This document shows positions 10,560 to 22,715 of a stretch of 64,000 nt of DNA, in pieces. Both the position numbers and the translations under genes were made by a program. The DNA is from Mobula hypostoma. Its lineage: Eukaryota. Location: assembly GCF_963921235.1 (NCBI RefSeq), contig NC_086118.1:22818001-22882000 (forward strand), written 5' to 3'. Position 1 is the first letter of the stretch. Every line of letters starts with the position of its first letter. The notes under the pieces are model-generated. The model worked only from the letters and a program-made list of their open reading frames with translations, was not told where the DNA came from and made no database searches.

Positions 10560-11550
10560 CAAGTCTGGGACCAGAGGGCACAGCCCGAATGGAGAACAAC
10601 CCTTTAAGACAGAAGTGGAGCAATTTCTTCAGCCGGAGAGTGGTAAATCTGTGGAATTCATTGTCACAGACAGCTGTGGAGGCCAAGACATTGGGTATAT
10701 TTAGATTTTAGATTATGAGAACACTCAGTCCTCGTTTATTGTCATTCAGAAATGCATACATGCATTAAGAAATGATACAATGCTCCTCCAGAGTGATATC
10801 ACAGAAAAACAGGACAAACCAAAGACTAACACTGAGAGAACCACATAATTATAACGTATAGTTACAGCAGTGCAAAGCAATACCATAATTTGACAAAGAA
10901 CAGATCATGGACATGGTAAAAAAAAATCCGAAGTCCTGATCGAATCCCGAGTCCCCGATAGTAGACGGCAAATGGGAGAAACCCCCTGCCATAAACCTCC
11001 AGGCACCGTCAACTTGCCGATGCATTGGAAGCACCCGACCACGCCGACACTGAATCCGTCCATCCGAAAACTTCGAGCCTCCGACCAGCCCCTCCAATAC
11101 AGCCTCTGGAGCGCCATCCTCTGCCGAGCGTCTTCAACCTCACCCTGGCCGCCAAAACAAGCAGAGCCGAGGATTTAGGGCCTTTTGCTCCGGAGATTCC
11201 AGTTACCACACAGTAGCAGCCGCAGCGAAGTGGGAATTTCAGAAGTTTCTCCAGCTATTCCTCCGTACTCTCACGTCTGTCTCCATCAAATCAGAATTGT
11301 ACACGGTACCCTACTTGACAGATTACAGGTATCATTCACCAGAGAGGCTGTGTGTGCCGCGTCGTGCCGCCATCTTCTCCTCCTCCTTATTTAAAGCAGA
11401 GTTGATAGACCCTTTATTAGTAAGGACATCAAAGGCTATAGAAGGCAGGAGGATGTGTTTGACGGGTTGAATAAACCAGCTATGATTGAATAGCAGAGCA
11501 TAATTGATGGGCTGGATGTTCTAGTTCCACTGCTATGTCTAATGATATTA
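10560..11550 (+). mobile_element. CR1 3' fragment interrupted by a 684-bp insertion
   Basis: NFFSRRVVNLWNSL.Q.AVEA motif; sequence resumes at ~11388 (tttaaagcagagttgatag). Confidence 0.8.
10704..11387 (-). mobile_element. Non-coding, CpG-rich non-autonomous retroelement
   Basis: 6-bp TSD tattta (10698-10703, 11388-11393); 5' end ggaggaggagaagatggcgg; 3' end AATAAA plus aatctaaaatc tail. Confidence 0.7.
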
Positions 11551-11714
11551 TGACCATCAGTATATCTGTAAATATACACTCTTCCCCCATCCTCTAAGTC
11601 AGTAATATATTGTAGATGATAAATAATTGAGGGACAAGAACTGATTGTTGTGGCACTCCAGTACATCCTTCCAGTCTGAAAAAGTTCCATTTATTCCAAT
11701 TCTCTGTCTTCAAT

Positions 11715-13010
11715 GTTAGAGTCATTGAGTTATAGAAAAGTACAGCACAGAAGCAGGCTCTTTGGTGCATCTAGTCTATGGTGAAACATTTAAACTGCCT
11801 TCTCCCATTGACCTGCTCTGAGACCATAGCTCTCCATACCCCTACCATTTATGTACCTGTCCAAACTTCTCTTAAATATTGAAATCGAGCTTGCATGCAC
11901 CACTTGTGCTGGCAGCTCATTCCACACTCTCATGACCCTCTGAGTGAAGACGTTTTCCCTTATGTTCCCATTAAATTTTTTAACTTTCACCCACCCAACC
12001 TCAATGGAAAATGCCTGCTTGCATTTAGCCTTTCTATACCCCCTCATAATTTTGAATGCCTCTATCAAATCTCCTCTTAATGTGTTACTTCCCAAGGACT
12101 AAAGTCCCAACCTATTCAATGTTTTCATCTAACTCAGATCCTCCAGACCTGGCAACATCCTTGTAAATTTTCTGTGTACTTTTTGAACCTTATTTACAAC
12201 TTTCCTGTAGGTAGGTGACCAAGACTGCATGCAATACTTCAAACTAGACCTCACCAATGTCTTGTACAACTTCAACATAACGTCCCACCTTCTGTATCAA
12301 TACTTTGATTTATGAAGGCATTGTGCCAAAAGCTTTCATTACAGCCCTATCCATCTGTGACCCCACTTTCAATCAATTATGGACCTGTAGTCCCAGATCC
12401 GTTTGTTCTATTGCATTCCTCAGTGCCCTACCATTACCTGGTTGATCCTACAGAAGTGCAGCACCTTGCACTTGTCTACATTAAGTTCTATCTGCCAGTT
12501 TTCAGCCGAATTTTCTAGATGGTCCAAATCCTGCTGCAAGCCATGATAGCCTTCCTTGTTGTCCGCTACACCTTCAGTCTTGGTGTCATCTGCAAATTTG
12601 CTGATCCTGCTAACCACATTATTATTCGAATTGTTGATATAAACAATGGACAATAATGGACACAGCAGTGATCCCTGTGGCACTCTACTAGACACAGGCT
12701 TCCAGTCAGGGAGGCAGCCATCTACTACCACTCTCTGGCTTCTCCCTCAATGCCTATGTGTAATCCAATTTACTACCTCATTTTGAATGCTGAGTGGCTG
12801 AATCTTCTTGACCAACCTTCCATGTGGAACCTTGACAAATGCCTTGCTAAAGTCCATATAGATAACATCAACTGCCCTGCCTTCATCCACTTTCCTGGTA
12901 ACTTCCTTGAAATCTCTATAAGATTGGTTAGACATTATCTACCATGCCCAGAACTATGTTGATTATCTTTAATTAGTCCATGTCTATCCAAATGCTTATC
13001 TATTCGGTCC
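11715..13010 (-). mobile_element. CR1 LINE RT/3' fragment
   Basis: DVIYMDFSKAF.KVPH, VPQGS.L.PLL, SKFADDTK, NVDKCKVLHF, FTQRVMRVWNELP. Confidence 0.9.
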
Positions 13011-13149
13011 ATTAGATTCAAAGCTTCAAAATGCATTTATTATCAGAAAACGTATAAATTATGCAACCTTGAGATTTGTTTGCTTACAGACAGTCACAAA
13101 TACCTTCAAATAAATTCCCCTAAACTGTATCACCAGCCAGTTTGCACTC

Positions 13150-13320
13150 CGTCCCCTCCCCCACCTTCTTATTCTAGCATCTTCTCTCTTCCTTTCCAGT
13201 TCTGATAAAGGATCTCAATCCAAAACGTTGGCTGTCCAATCCCTTCTGTTGATGCTGCCTGACTTGCTGAGTTCCTCCAGCACGTTGTGGATGTTGCTCA
13301 TGATTTCCAATAACTTTGCC
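13150..13320 (+). mobile_element. Penelope-derived terminal fragment with decayed hammerhead
   Basis: cagttctgataaaggatctcaatccaaaacgttggctg followed by gatgctgcctgacttgctgagttcctccagc. Confidence 0.65.
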
Positions 13321-13499
13321 TCTATTTCTGTCAGTCAGAGTAAGCATAGAAGGCATTGAGTTCCGTCTGTGAGTGACAACTCATTGCCACTTTTATGTAT
13401 TGGTTTTACTTTGTCGGAGATGATGCATTCAAACTCTGTTCCAGTTGTTCAGTATCCTTCTGCAATTCAAGTTTTGTTTAAAATTGCCACTTTGCAGCT

Positions 13500-14330
13500 G
13501 GATCTCTTTTATTCTCCTGGCCTGGAAGTCCTAAATGACACCAATCCAGCCCTCTGCAGATTGCGAATCTGTTGGTTCTTCCAATGTGAAATACTCTGAA
13601 TGGTTTTGTAGGGACACATGGGTCCATGCGTTCTTTATAAAGTCCATGACAACTGTGTTGTTTTCAGTCAGGTCTTCGATAAGTCCTTGAACATTGCCCT
13701 ATCTCCCAACTCAAAGCAATTCTGTAGCCATCCCTTTGTTTTCTGTGAGAACCTCTTTGTTGTCCATACCCTCTGACTTGCCCTTCAATCTCTGCCTATG
13801 TGCAGGTAGGAGGAGAACAGCCAAATAGTCAGATTTCCTGAAATGCAGTTGAGAGATGGAACAATGGGCATTTCTATGATTATATGGCAGTGGTCGAGAG
13901 CGTTTGGTAAATAATGTATTGGTGGTAGAGAGGCAGAACTTTCTTCAAGCTAGTCTGATGGAAGACCCCGGCAAAGATGAGAAAGATGTCAGGGTAGGCT
14001 ATTTCTTGTTTGCTAATCGTGCAACTCAATACATTGAGTCCTCGGTTGACATCTGTTGTTAATGTAGACTTCAGTCAAGATCACAGTGAACTCCCTCGGT
14101 AAATAGAATGGCCAGCACTTAATCATTAGATGTTCCAGATGGGGAGAACAAGAATGAGACAATACCACTAAGTCCAAGCATCATGAAGAGTTAATCAGCA
14201 AGTAGGCACTGCCGTCTCTGCCCTTTCCAGATACTGCCATCCAGTCCATCCAGTGGATTGAGAACCCTTTGGGCTAGAGCATGGTGACCAAAGTGTAGGT
14301 GGTGAGCCATGTCTCATAAGATAGAGAATG
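13500..14330 (-). mobile_element. Degenerate Rex1/Babar APE endonuclease region
   Basis: Minus-strand reading gives ETWL and HF.KSD.LAVLLLPA.RQRLK-like motifs. Confidence 0.6.
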
Positions 14331-14914
14331 CAGCAATACCTCATTTCCCTCTGATACAGCAAACTTGCCCTTAGGTCCTTTATCTTGATCTTCAGCGACT
14401 GTATCCAAAATTTTTTTTCTCCTGCTTAGTCTTTGCCAATTTCTATTGGAAAAGCTTTTGTGCATATTAAACAAAGATTGAACAGGACATATCTCTGGAT
14501 CATGCTTGAGTCAAATATCCTGCCACACTCAATATAAAGGATGCAGTGCAACTTGAGTTAGGTGCTAGAGACTTCTACAGTTTGTACAGTGCAGGAGCAT
14601 TGTAAGAAGTGCACTTAGCACTGAGTGCAAAAGGAACTAAAAAAATGTTTGAGTATAAAATGTTAAATGACTGTGTCCGGATTAGTGATCTTGCTGGACT
14701 TCTCAATGTATGAAGGAATGAATGATATTTCAATAGCAATGATTCCATCAGCGGTAGATCCCGTTTCTATATCACTTCGTTGTCCAACTGGGTCATCATT
14801 AAATCTCAGGAGTGTAGTGGTATTGGTTATGCCCTGATTAAAATGTGCAGACATATGTGGATAGAAGAGCACAAAGAAACCACATGCACAATAATGAGAA
14901 GTCTAATCAAGTCT

Positions 14915-15400
14915 ATTCTTGTATTCACATGTGCAATGTAAAACTTGCCTGCAGCAATATCACAGACATATAGGTTCAGACAGCACATGGAACATAAAAT
15001 ATCTCGATAAATTATACAAGGCAATGAAGAAAAAGTGTGCAAACACAGGATATTAATGCAAAAACACAATTAGAAACAAGTTCATGGTAGTTAATCTGTA
15101 GTATTCCTTTGCTGCAGAAGGGTTAGGGTTGTGCATGTTAGTTCAAGAACAAGGTGGGTGTAAGAAAATAGTTGCTCTTGAACCTGGTGCTTTGAGCTTC
15201 CATACATCCTGCCTGACACTCATTATGAGAAGAGGACATGGCCTAGATGGGTCGCCTCCTGTAGGTGCTTTTGTTGATGACGAGGTCCATACCTATGAAG
15301 GACCAAACTGTGTCCACTACTTTCTGCAGCAGACTCATGCATTCCTGTGCATGGACATTGCTGTATCAGGCCATCATGCAACCAGTCAGGATACTTCCTA
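14915..15400 (-). mobile_element. Rex1/Babar 3' fragment
   Basis: Similar to the other minus-strand Rex1 ends (36862, 48480, 51005). Confidence 0.55.
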
Positions 15401-16325
15401 ATTTTTATTCTGATTGTTATTTGTGGACATTATAAAAGTCATTCTGGACTTAAAGGTTACTAAATAAATTTTATAAAGTCCAGTGAGAAGTACAAAGAGT
15501 AGAATCCAAGGTTTTACAAGGGTTTCATTAATATTTAATGCTATACCTCCAAATAGAAGACTCCCCTTGTACATTAAGATCCGTGTGGAGATGGTGTTTA
15601 CATTCAGTTAACTTGTAATCTGCAGCAGGATGTACAAAAATAAATTCAATATGTTAGAGGTGATCATTTTCATTGTGTAGAAGAAGGAATCTTTAGGCAC
15701 ATTACCCCTGAGCCCTAATTGAAATTCTCACATAATCTGCAGAACATTATTACTGCTATATCCAGCACTCAAATAAGAGGTTTGTGGTTGTTGCTACATC
15801 AACAGTTACGGATGGTCGAAACTCTTACAATTTCACTGATGCTTGAGAAAAAGCAAGACCTTTAAGAATCAGGTCATTGTAAACAGTGCCAAACTCAGCA
15901 TGGCTCCAGTATGTTCTCAGTGGAAATGAAGCATTAATGAAATATAGTTTTGAGTGGTGCACTTAAGTGAAACAGTCTGCATCTCATTTGTTCTCCTTTC
16001 AATTAGTCCTTGAAATGGTGGAAAACAAATTAATTTAAAGTAGAATGCTGTGTCAAAAGATAAGACAAATTGAAATACAATTTACTGAGATAATTTATCT
16101 CCTAGTTTGTGAGAGCATTAATTGTGACCTGAGCAGAGCAATTTTTTAATATTCATATGTGGAATATAGGCATTGCTGTCAAGATCATTATTTATTGACA
16201 AACATTAATTGCACTTCAGAAGGTGGTGTTAAATCATTATGTTGAACCCCCGCAGTCAGTGTGATGAAGGCACTAACACAATGCTGTTGGGCGGAGTATC
16301 AGGATTTTGACCCAGTAACAATGAA

Positions 16326-16668
16326 GCTACAGGAGAATGTTAAAAATATCATGGACAACGCACACATCAAATGAAGAAGTTCTCAGAAGAGCCCAAGCAG
16401 TTCGATCACTCATACCAACAATAATAGAAAGACAACTCAGATTCCTAGGACACATCATGCGGAAAGATGAACGAGAAAAACTCATACTCTCTGGAAAGAT
16501 TGAGAGGAGTAAACCTAGAGGAAGACCTTGGCTTATGTACATCAAGGGCATAGCCAGGTGGCTACACATTGAGGAAATGGAAGTCATCCAAAAAAGCGAA
16601 GGATAGATCTATATGGAAAACCATGGTCACCAAAGTTTGCATCGGATATGGTACCTAGACAGACAGAC
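16326..16668 (+). mobile_element. Short 5'-truncated RTE LINE
   Basis: MLKISW...NEEVL...RQLRFLGHIMRK...GKIE..KPRGRP; (agac)n tail; 9-bp TSD aacaatgaa at 16317-16325 and 16669-16677. Confidence 0.9.
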
Positions 16669-17029
16669 AACAATGAATCAAAAACAATACATTTCCAAAT
16701 CAGCAATATATGTGACTTCAGGAAGAATTCCAGTTTGGTGTGTGACTTCAGGAGGTGGGTAACAGTTTTCCCATGTTTCTGCCTCCTTTAACCTAGGCAG
16801 TCGAAGTTGTGGGTTCAGGAATCCTTCTGAAGAAATCTTAGCAAGCTGTCTCAGTGCATTTTGTAGATAGTTCACAGTGCAGCCATGGACACCCAGGATG
16901 GAAGGAGTGAATCTATCAGGTGAAGAACTATGTACCAGTCAAATCCACTGTGATCCCTTGATGCTTTCCAGCTTCTTGGCTGTACTCATCCAAGCAAGTG
17001 GACTGATTGGTTGAGCAAAAAGTAGGATT

Positions 17030-17595
17030 ACTCGGCCAACCATTTAAATTCCAATCCCCATTCCCAATCCAATATATCAGTCCACGGCCTCCTCTACTGC
17101 CACGATGATGCCACTCTCAGGCTGGAGGAGCAACACCTCATATTCCTTCCGGACAATCTCCAATCTGATGGCAAGAACATCAATTTCTCCAGCTTCCTGT
17201 AATTTTACCACTTCCCTTCCATCTTCTTCAATTCCCCAGACTGGTCCCCCCTTTCTTTCTCTCTTCTCCTCACTTCCCTATCACTTCCCTCTATTGTTCC
17301 GCCTTCCCTTTCTCCAATAGTCCACTCTCATCTCCTATCAGCTTCCTTTACCTTTTCCATCTGTAACCTCCCAGATTCTTATTTCATCCCTCTTCCCACA
17401 CCCACCAAGATTGTCCCATCACCTTACAGCTTGTACTTCTTCCCCTCCCCCTGCCTTATTACTCTGGCTTCTTCCCTCTTCCCCCTTTCCTTTCCAGTCC
17501 TGATGAAGGGTCTCAACCTGAAATGTCTACTGTTTATTCATTTCCATAGATGCTGCCTGACCTGACGAGTTCCTCCAGCATTTTGTGTGTGTTGA
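17030..17595 (+). mobile_element. Penelope-like element 3' part (GIY-YIG C-terminus remnant, UTR, hammerhead)
   Basis: Homologous to 52650-53365 (HFNS..H...MS.HGLLYC.D.ATLRLEEQHLIF). Confidence 0.8.
17495..17532 (+). ncRNA. Minimal hammerhead ribozyme motif
   Basis: cagtc-CTGATGA-agggtctcaacct-GAAA-TGTC-tactg. Confidence 0.7.
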
Positions 17596-20259
17596 AATAG
17601 ACCGATTTATGTGTTGCTGAAAAGATTTTGGGGTTTATACTGGCCCTGGCTACCACACTCTGAAATGATCTTGCCATCACAATGTTAATGTAAGAACAAT
17701 ATTGTGGTTAAGTTTCTGATCGATGGTGTCTCTCAGAGTGTTTGTGCTGAGAATTCATTGTTAATGAGTAAACAACTGAACAAAATTGCAATGTTCCCTT
17801 TAGAAACACACCATGATCTACAAGTATTCGTAGCACAATACGTTTTACTTTAAGAAGAAAAATAGCATGTGTAGAAATCATGGAGAAGAGCAACTTCATG
17901 AAAAAAAAGCTGAAAATGAACCAAAAATGCAGGGAACATTCTGCAGATTCAATGACATTTGTTGGAAGAGAAATAGTGAATGTCTCCAATCAAAGACTTT
18001 TATCAGAACTATTCCTCTACAGATTAGCTTGCACTGCTGAATACTTCCTGCATGCCTGTTTTAATTAAACAACAGAATGACAACTTGGTACGTATTGGCA
18101 TTTATAGAGGTTTGGACCTTCTGCTAAAATATGCAATGTGGTACTGGTATCTTCCTTCAGACAGTAATGAAGTACCACACAGACAAATTCTTCTGTCTCG
18201 TTACCTCCTTATCTTAAAACACACCCATCTCCTCTTTATTTGGAAAATTACAGAACTGTCTGTAACTCTCTCCCCAGGGCTCATAACAAACTCAGCTTGT
18301 TAGCTAACTCTGGCTGACAGCCATGTGACTAAGCATCGCATGGGTAACGATAGCAACACCTTCAATAGCAACACACATCAAGAATCGGTATGTTTCGGGC
18401 TCAACTAAACAGGAAAGTTGGAATGTTCCGATGAGGGAACGTACATTGTGGTGAGCGCTGTGTAAATACTGCCCCATGCAAAGTTATTACTTACCATGAA
18501 GTAACAGATCATATACTGGCATACAATTACAGTGGAAGTATATTTACCAATCTCAACTTTAACAAACAGTAAACAGAAAAAGAAAATTAAAAAAAAAGTC
18601 CATTGCAGTTAATCCAGTTTAAATGTGCACATAGACGTTAGAGCTCTCTTCTGTACCAGTTCTATTGCTTTACTCATGGCGCTGAACTCCCAGCCACAGG
18701 TTGAACTGTGAACTGTTGAACAGGTTGAAAGCGCGTCACAAACAAACTGGCTAACTCGGAGGTATTGGTACTTCCTCTTTGAAGTTATTCATCTGCACAA
18801 AGCACTCGTTGCAATAGGTCTCCCATACACACAAAAAAATGAGTGAAAAACACAAAATATGAAACATCAAACCACTAAGTCATTGAACCAGCCTAGGAAT
18901 GTTCAGCTTAGTTCAATTTAATGCTGTGTCATTCATTGTCTGTACGCTGCGGAGTCAGTCCTCCCGATCAAAATCGCACAAAATAGCGATAAAAAAAGGA
19001 GTAACCAGGAACACATTATAACATAAACTACAGAGTCTAACCAACAAACCCTGGCCAATATTGAAGACTGGGGCACTTTCCTCCCATAGCAACAAGTGAG
19101 AGCGAGAGAGAGACTAATCAAATGCAGGCAGATAGCACAGGACACCTAGTCACCTTCTGCTCTTGTCCTCTTTGATTTCAATCTTGCTTGATACTTTAAT
19201 CAACGACATCAGTGAGAAATGGAGTCAATCATGGGCTCACGCAACGTCTTCAAGCTTCTTGGCTTCCAGGTGCACACTCCACTCGAAATCTCACTGAGCT
19301 CCCTTAGAGACAACAAAGCGCCAGACCACTCAATCGGTCTGAAAACACACCATCAAAATGTAAATCCAATAGTAGCAGAAGCATATTTGAAAGAAGAAGA
19401 ATAAGCACAGGAAGTAAAATGAGCAGTTTCGTAAACTATTCAGGTCCACTGCCCGAGATATCGCTCAGGTCTAACGCCTGAGTAGAAAAAGGAGGAGCGG
19501 GTCACGGCAACGTAATAGAGCTCTGACCAGCGACCATTCCATGTCTGAGGTTGATTAACAAGAGCAAATTAAAGGACGGAAGGGGCAAGCACAGTGACCA
19601 TCATTGCAGCAGCCATCATCTGAGTGGACGGAGTCAGAGTGGTGATCTTGAGGTTTTAGCTCTTCAGAGAAAGTAAAGAAAAGACAAGCTCCAGGTTAAG
19701 ATTTTTTTTGCCTTCCCTTCTTTATATCTGCTCAGTTAGGACAGTAGTGGTGCCAGGCAGGATAGTGGAATGCTCCTCTTGTGGAGACAGGAGACCTCCA
19801 GTGTCCCTGAAGACTACTGTGAGAAGTGCATCCAGCATCAGCTTCCAACAATCCCTGTTAAGGAGTTGGAGCTGGAACTGGTTGAACTCCAGATCATTCG
19901 GGAGGCTGAGCCAGTGATAGATAGGACATACAGAGAGGTAGTTACACCCAAGGTGCAGGCCACAGGAGACTGGGTGCCAGTCAGGAAGGGGAAAGGAGTT
20001 CAGGAGCCAGTGCAGAGTACTCCTGTGGCCATCCCTCTCAACAACAGGTATACCACTTTGTTGGAGTGGGGTGGAGGCATTAATATAACAGAGGAAAGTC
20101 ACAGTGGTCGCATCTCTGGCACTGAGTCCGTTGGCAAGAATGCAATTCTTGGATGGTATGTTGCCCCATGAGTTCCGTGGTCTGGGGCATCTTGGATGAA
20201 GTACTCAGCATTCTGAAGTGGGAGGGTGTACAGCCAGAGGTCATGGTCCATGTGGGTAC

Positions 20260-22715
20260 TGGAAACCCCTTTTTTACCAGGCGTTTCTAGAGATGCTGCT
20301 CGTCAGCCCCTCGCTAACAGCCACCAGACTCAGTGTAAGAAAACCGACTTTCTCAGACTCCATACATCTATGGTTGAGATGATCTGGGTTCTGCCACGCC
20401 TGTGAGGTTGGGTTGACTTGCCCACTCGAATCCCAGTTTCCGGGAATACTGTGTAACTTTCTGATTCCATGCAATCACCCGGCGGCAAGAAATACAGACT
20501 TTACACTGCGTATGATTATAAAGAAAGTATATTTATGGATGTTAGTTTAACCAAACAATTATGAAAGAAAAGAAAGAAGAAAACCCAAAAAGGATCATCA
20601 TAATTAAACAGTCAAGTGTGCACAGGCTGGTGCTCAAATCTTCCAAAAGCCACTGTGTACGATGTACTCATGGTGCCAACTCCTATTCATTGATCCCCAG
20701 TAGAAGTTCTGTGCTGACATTCCTGCCGGCAGTTCCTTCCAATGTACTTTGGCCCACTCCTCTCTCATACCCCTGTAATTTCTCTTACTGCACTGAAATA
20801 CTGCTACATCAGACTTTACTTGCTCCCTATCAAACTTCAAGTTGTACACAATCATATTGTGATCACTGGTTCCTACGGTTTCTTTACTTTAAGCTCCCTA
20901 ATCGCCTCCGGTTCATTACGTAACACCCAATGTAGAAAAGCAGATCCCCTGGTAGGCTCAACGACAAACTGCTCTTAATAGCTATCTATTAGGCATTCAA
21001 CAAACTCACCCTCTTGAGATCCATTACCAACCTGATTTTCCCAATCAACCTGCATGTTAAGATCTCCCATGACTATCATAATGTTGCCCTTTTGACTCAC
21101 CTTTTCTATTTCCTGCTGTAACCTGTGGTCCACCTCCCAGCCACTGTTGGGAGGCCTGTATATAACTGCCATCAGGGTCCTTTTACCCTTACAGTTTCTT
21201 ATCTCAACCCACAAGGATTCAACATCTTCCGATCCTATGTCACATCTTTCTACTGATTTGATGCCATTCTTTACTAGTAGAGCCACACCACCTGCTCTGC
21301 CTACCTTCCTATCCCTCCAATACAACATGTAACCCTTGGACAATCAGCTCCCAACTACAACCATCCCTTAGCCATGATTCAGTGATAGCCATAACATCAT
21401 ACCTGGCAATCTATAATAATGCAACAAGATCATCCACCTCATTTCTTATACTATGCGCATTTAGATACAACACCTTGAGTATCACGTTTGCTATCCTTTC
21501 TGACTCTGCATCCCTAATGATTTCATACTAAGCCTGTTGGCTGCAACTAAGTCCCATCACCTGCCTGCCCTTCCTGACAATCTAACTGGATGCTATCTTT
21601 ACTTTTTTACCATCCATCCTTTCCTGAGTCCCTTCACTCTGGCTCCCAGCCCCCTGCCACTTCAGTTTAAACACTCCCCAACAGCTCTAACAAACCTGCC
21701 CATGAGAATATTGGTCCCCCTCGGGTTCAGGTGCAACCCATCACTTTTAAGCAGGTCATACCTCCCCCAGGAACCTGAAGCCCTGTCCCCTGCACCAGCT
21801 TCTCAGCCCTGCATTTATCTGCCAGATCACCCTGTTTCTACCCTCACTAGTGCATGGCATGGGCAGCAATCCAGAAATTACTACGTGGGAGGTCCTGCTT
21901 CTCAGCTTTCTGCCTAACTCTCTAAGTTCTCTTTTCAGAATACCTGGTCACTGTGGCATTCTCTTGGGACGTCATCCCCCACAAAAGTATCCAAAGTGGT
22001 ATACTTGTTTTTGAGGGGAATGGCCACAGGGGTGTTCTGCTCTAACTGCCTATTTCCATTTCTCCCAAGAACTCACCTCCTGCAACTTCGGGGCGACTAC
22101 CTCTCTGGAACTTTGATCAATTATATCCTCGCTGTCCCGTACGAGCCGAAGGTCATCCAGTTGCTGCTCCAGATCCCTAACACGGTCTTCAAGGAGCTGC
22201 AACCGGATTGCACTTCACGCAGATGTAGTTCCCTGGGAGACTCTGGGTCTCCCAATTCTCCAACATCCGGCGCGAAGAACACACCACAGCCATTTAAATG
22301 GTACAGCAAGAGAGGGAAAAAAACAAAAAGGAAACCTTAACAGACGCTTTACACCTCTTCCCAGCCGAAGCCTAGTTTGAGCCAAAGCCTGTTGCTTCTA
22401 CTCTCGCCACTGATCTACTCCTGTACATTGGCTGCTCTGCTTATCCCTTCTGTACTTTTATTCATAGAGCTCTGTTGTCACCGCTGATAGGCCACATTCA
22501 ATGGACAAATGCTCTCGAAGCTCCCTTTTTAAATAACCGCTGCCAATCTGCAAGAGATCCCTCTTGGTAAAGCTCTGTTGATGCTGCTGATAGGCCGTGT
22601 ACCTTATCTTTAACGGTAACCCAAATACTACCAGCAGAACATATTGCTTCTACAGAAAACTATTGCATGAAATATCCTAAAACATTAGCAGTAAAATCTT
22701 TACCAGGACGTTACA
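20260..22715. mobile_element. Probable solo LTR (Gypsy-type) carrying a nested CR1
   Basis: TG...CA termini (tggaaacccc ... ggacgttaca); exact 4-bp TSD gtac at 20256-20259 and 22716-22719; removing it restores the CR1 SGNH motif. Confidence 0.75.
20712..22600 (-). mobile_element. CR1 5' half (5'UTR, ORF1 part, APE), 3'-deleted
   Basis: GGVALLVK, ESLWVEIRN.KG, YRPPN, MGDLN..VDW; ORF1 Zn-finger remnant at ~22120-22310. Confidence 0.8.
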
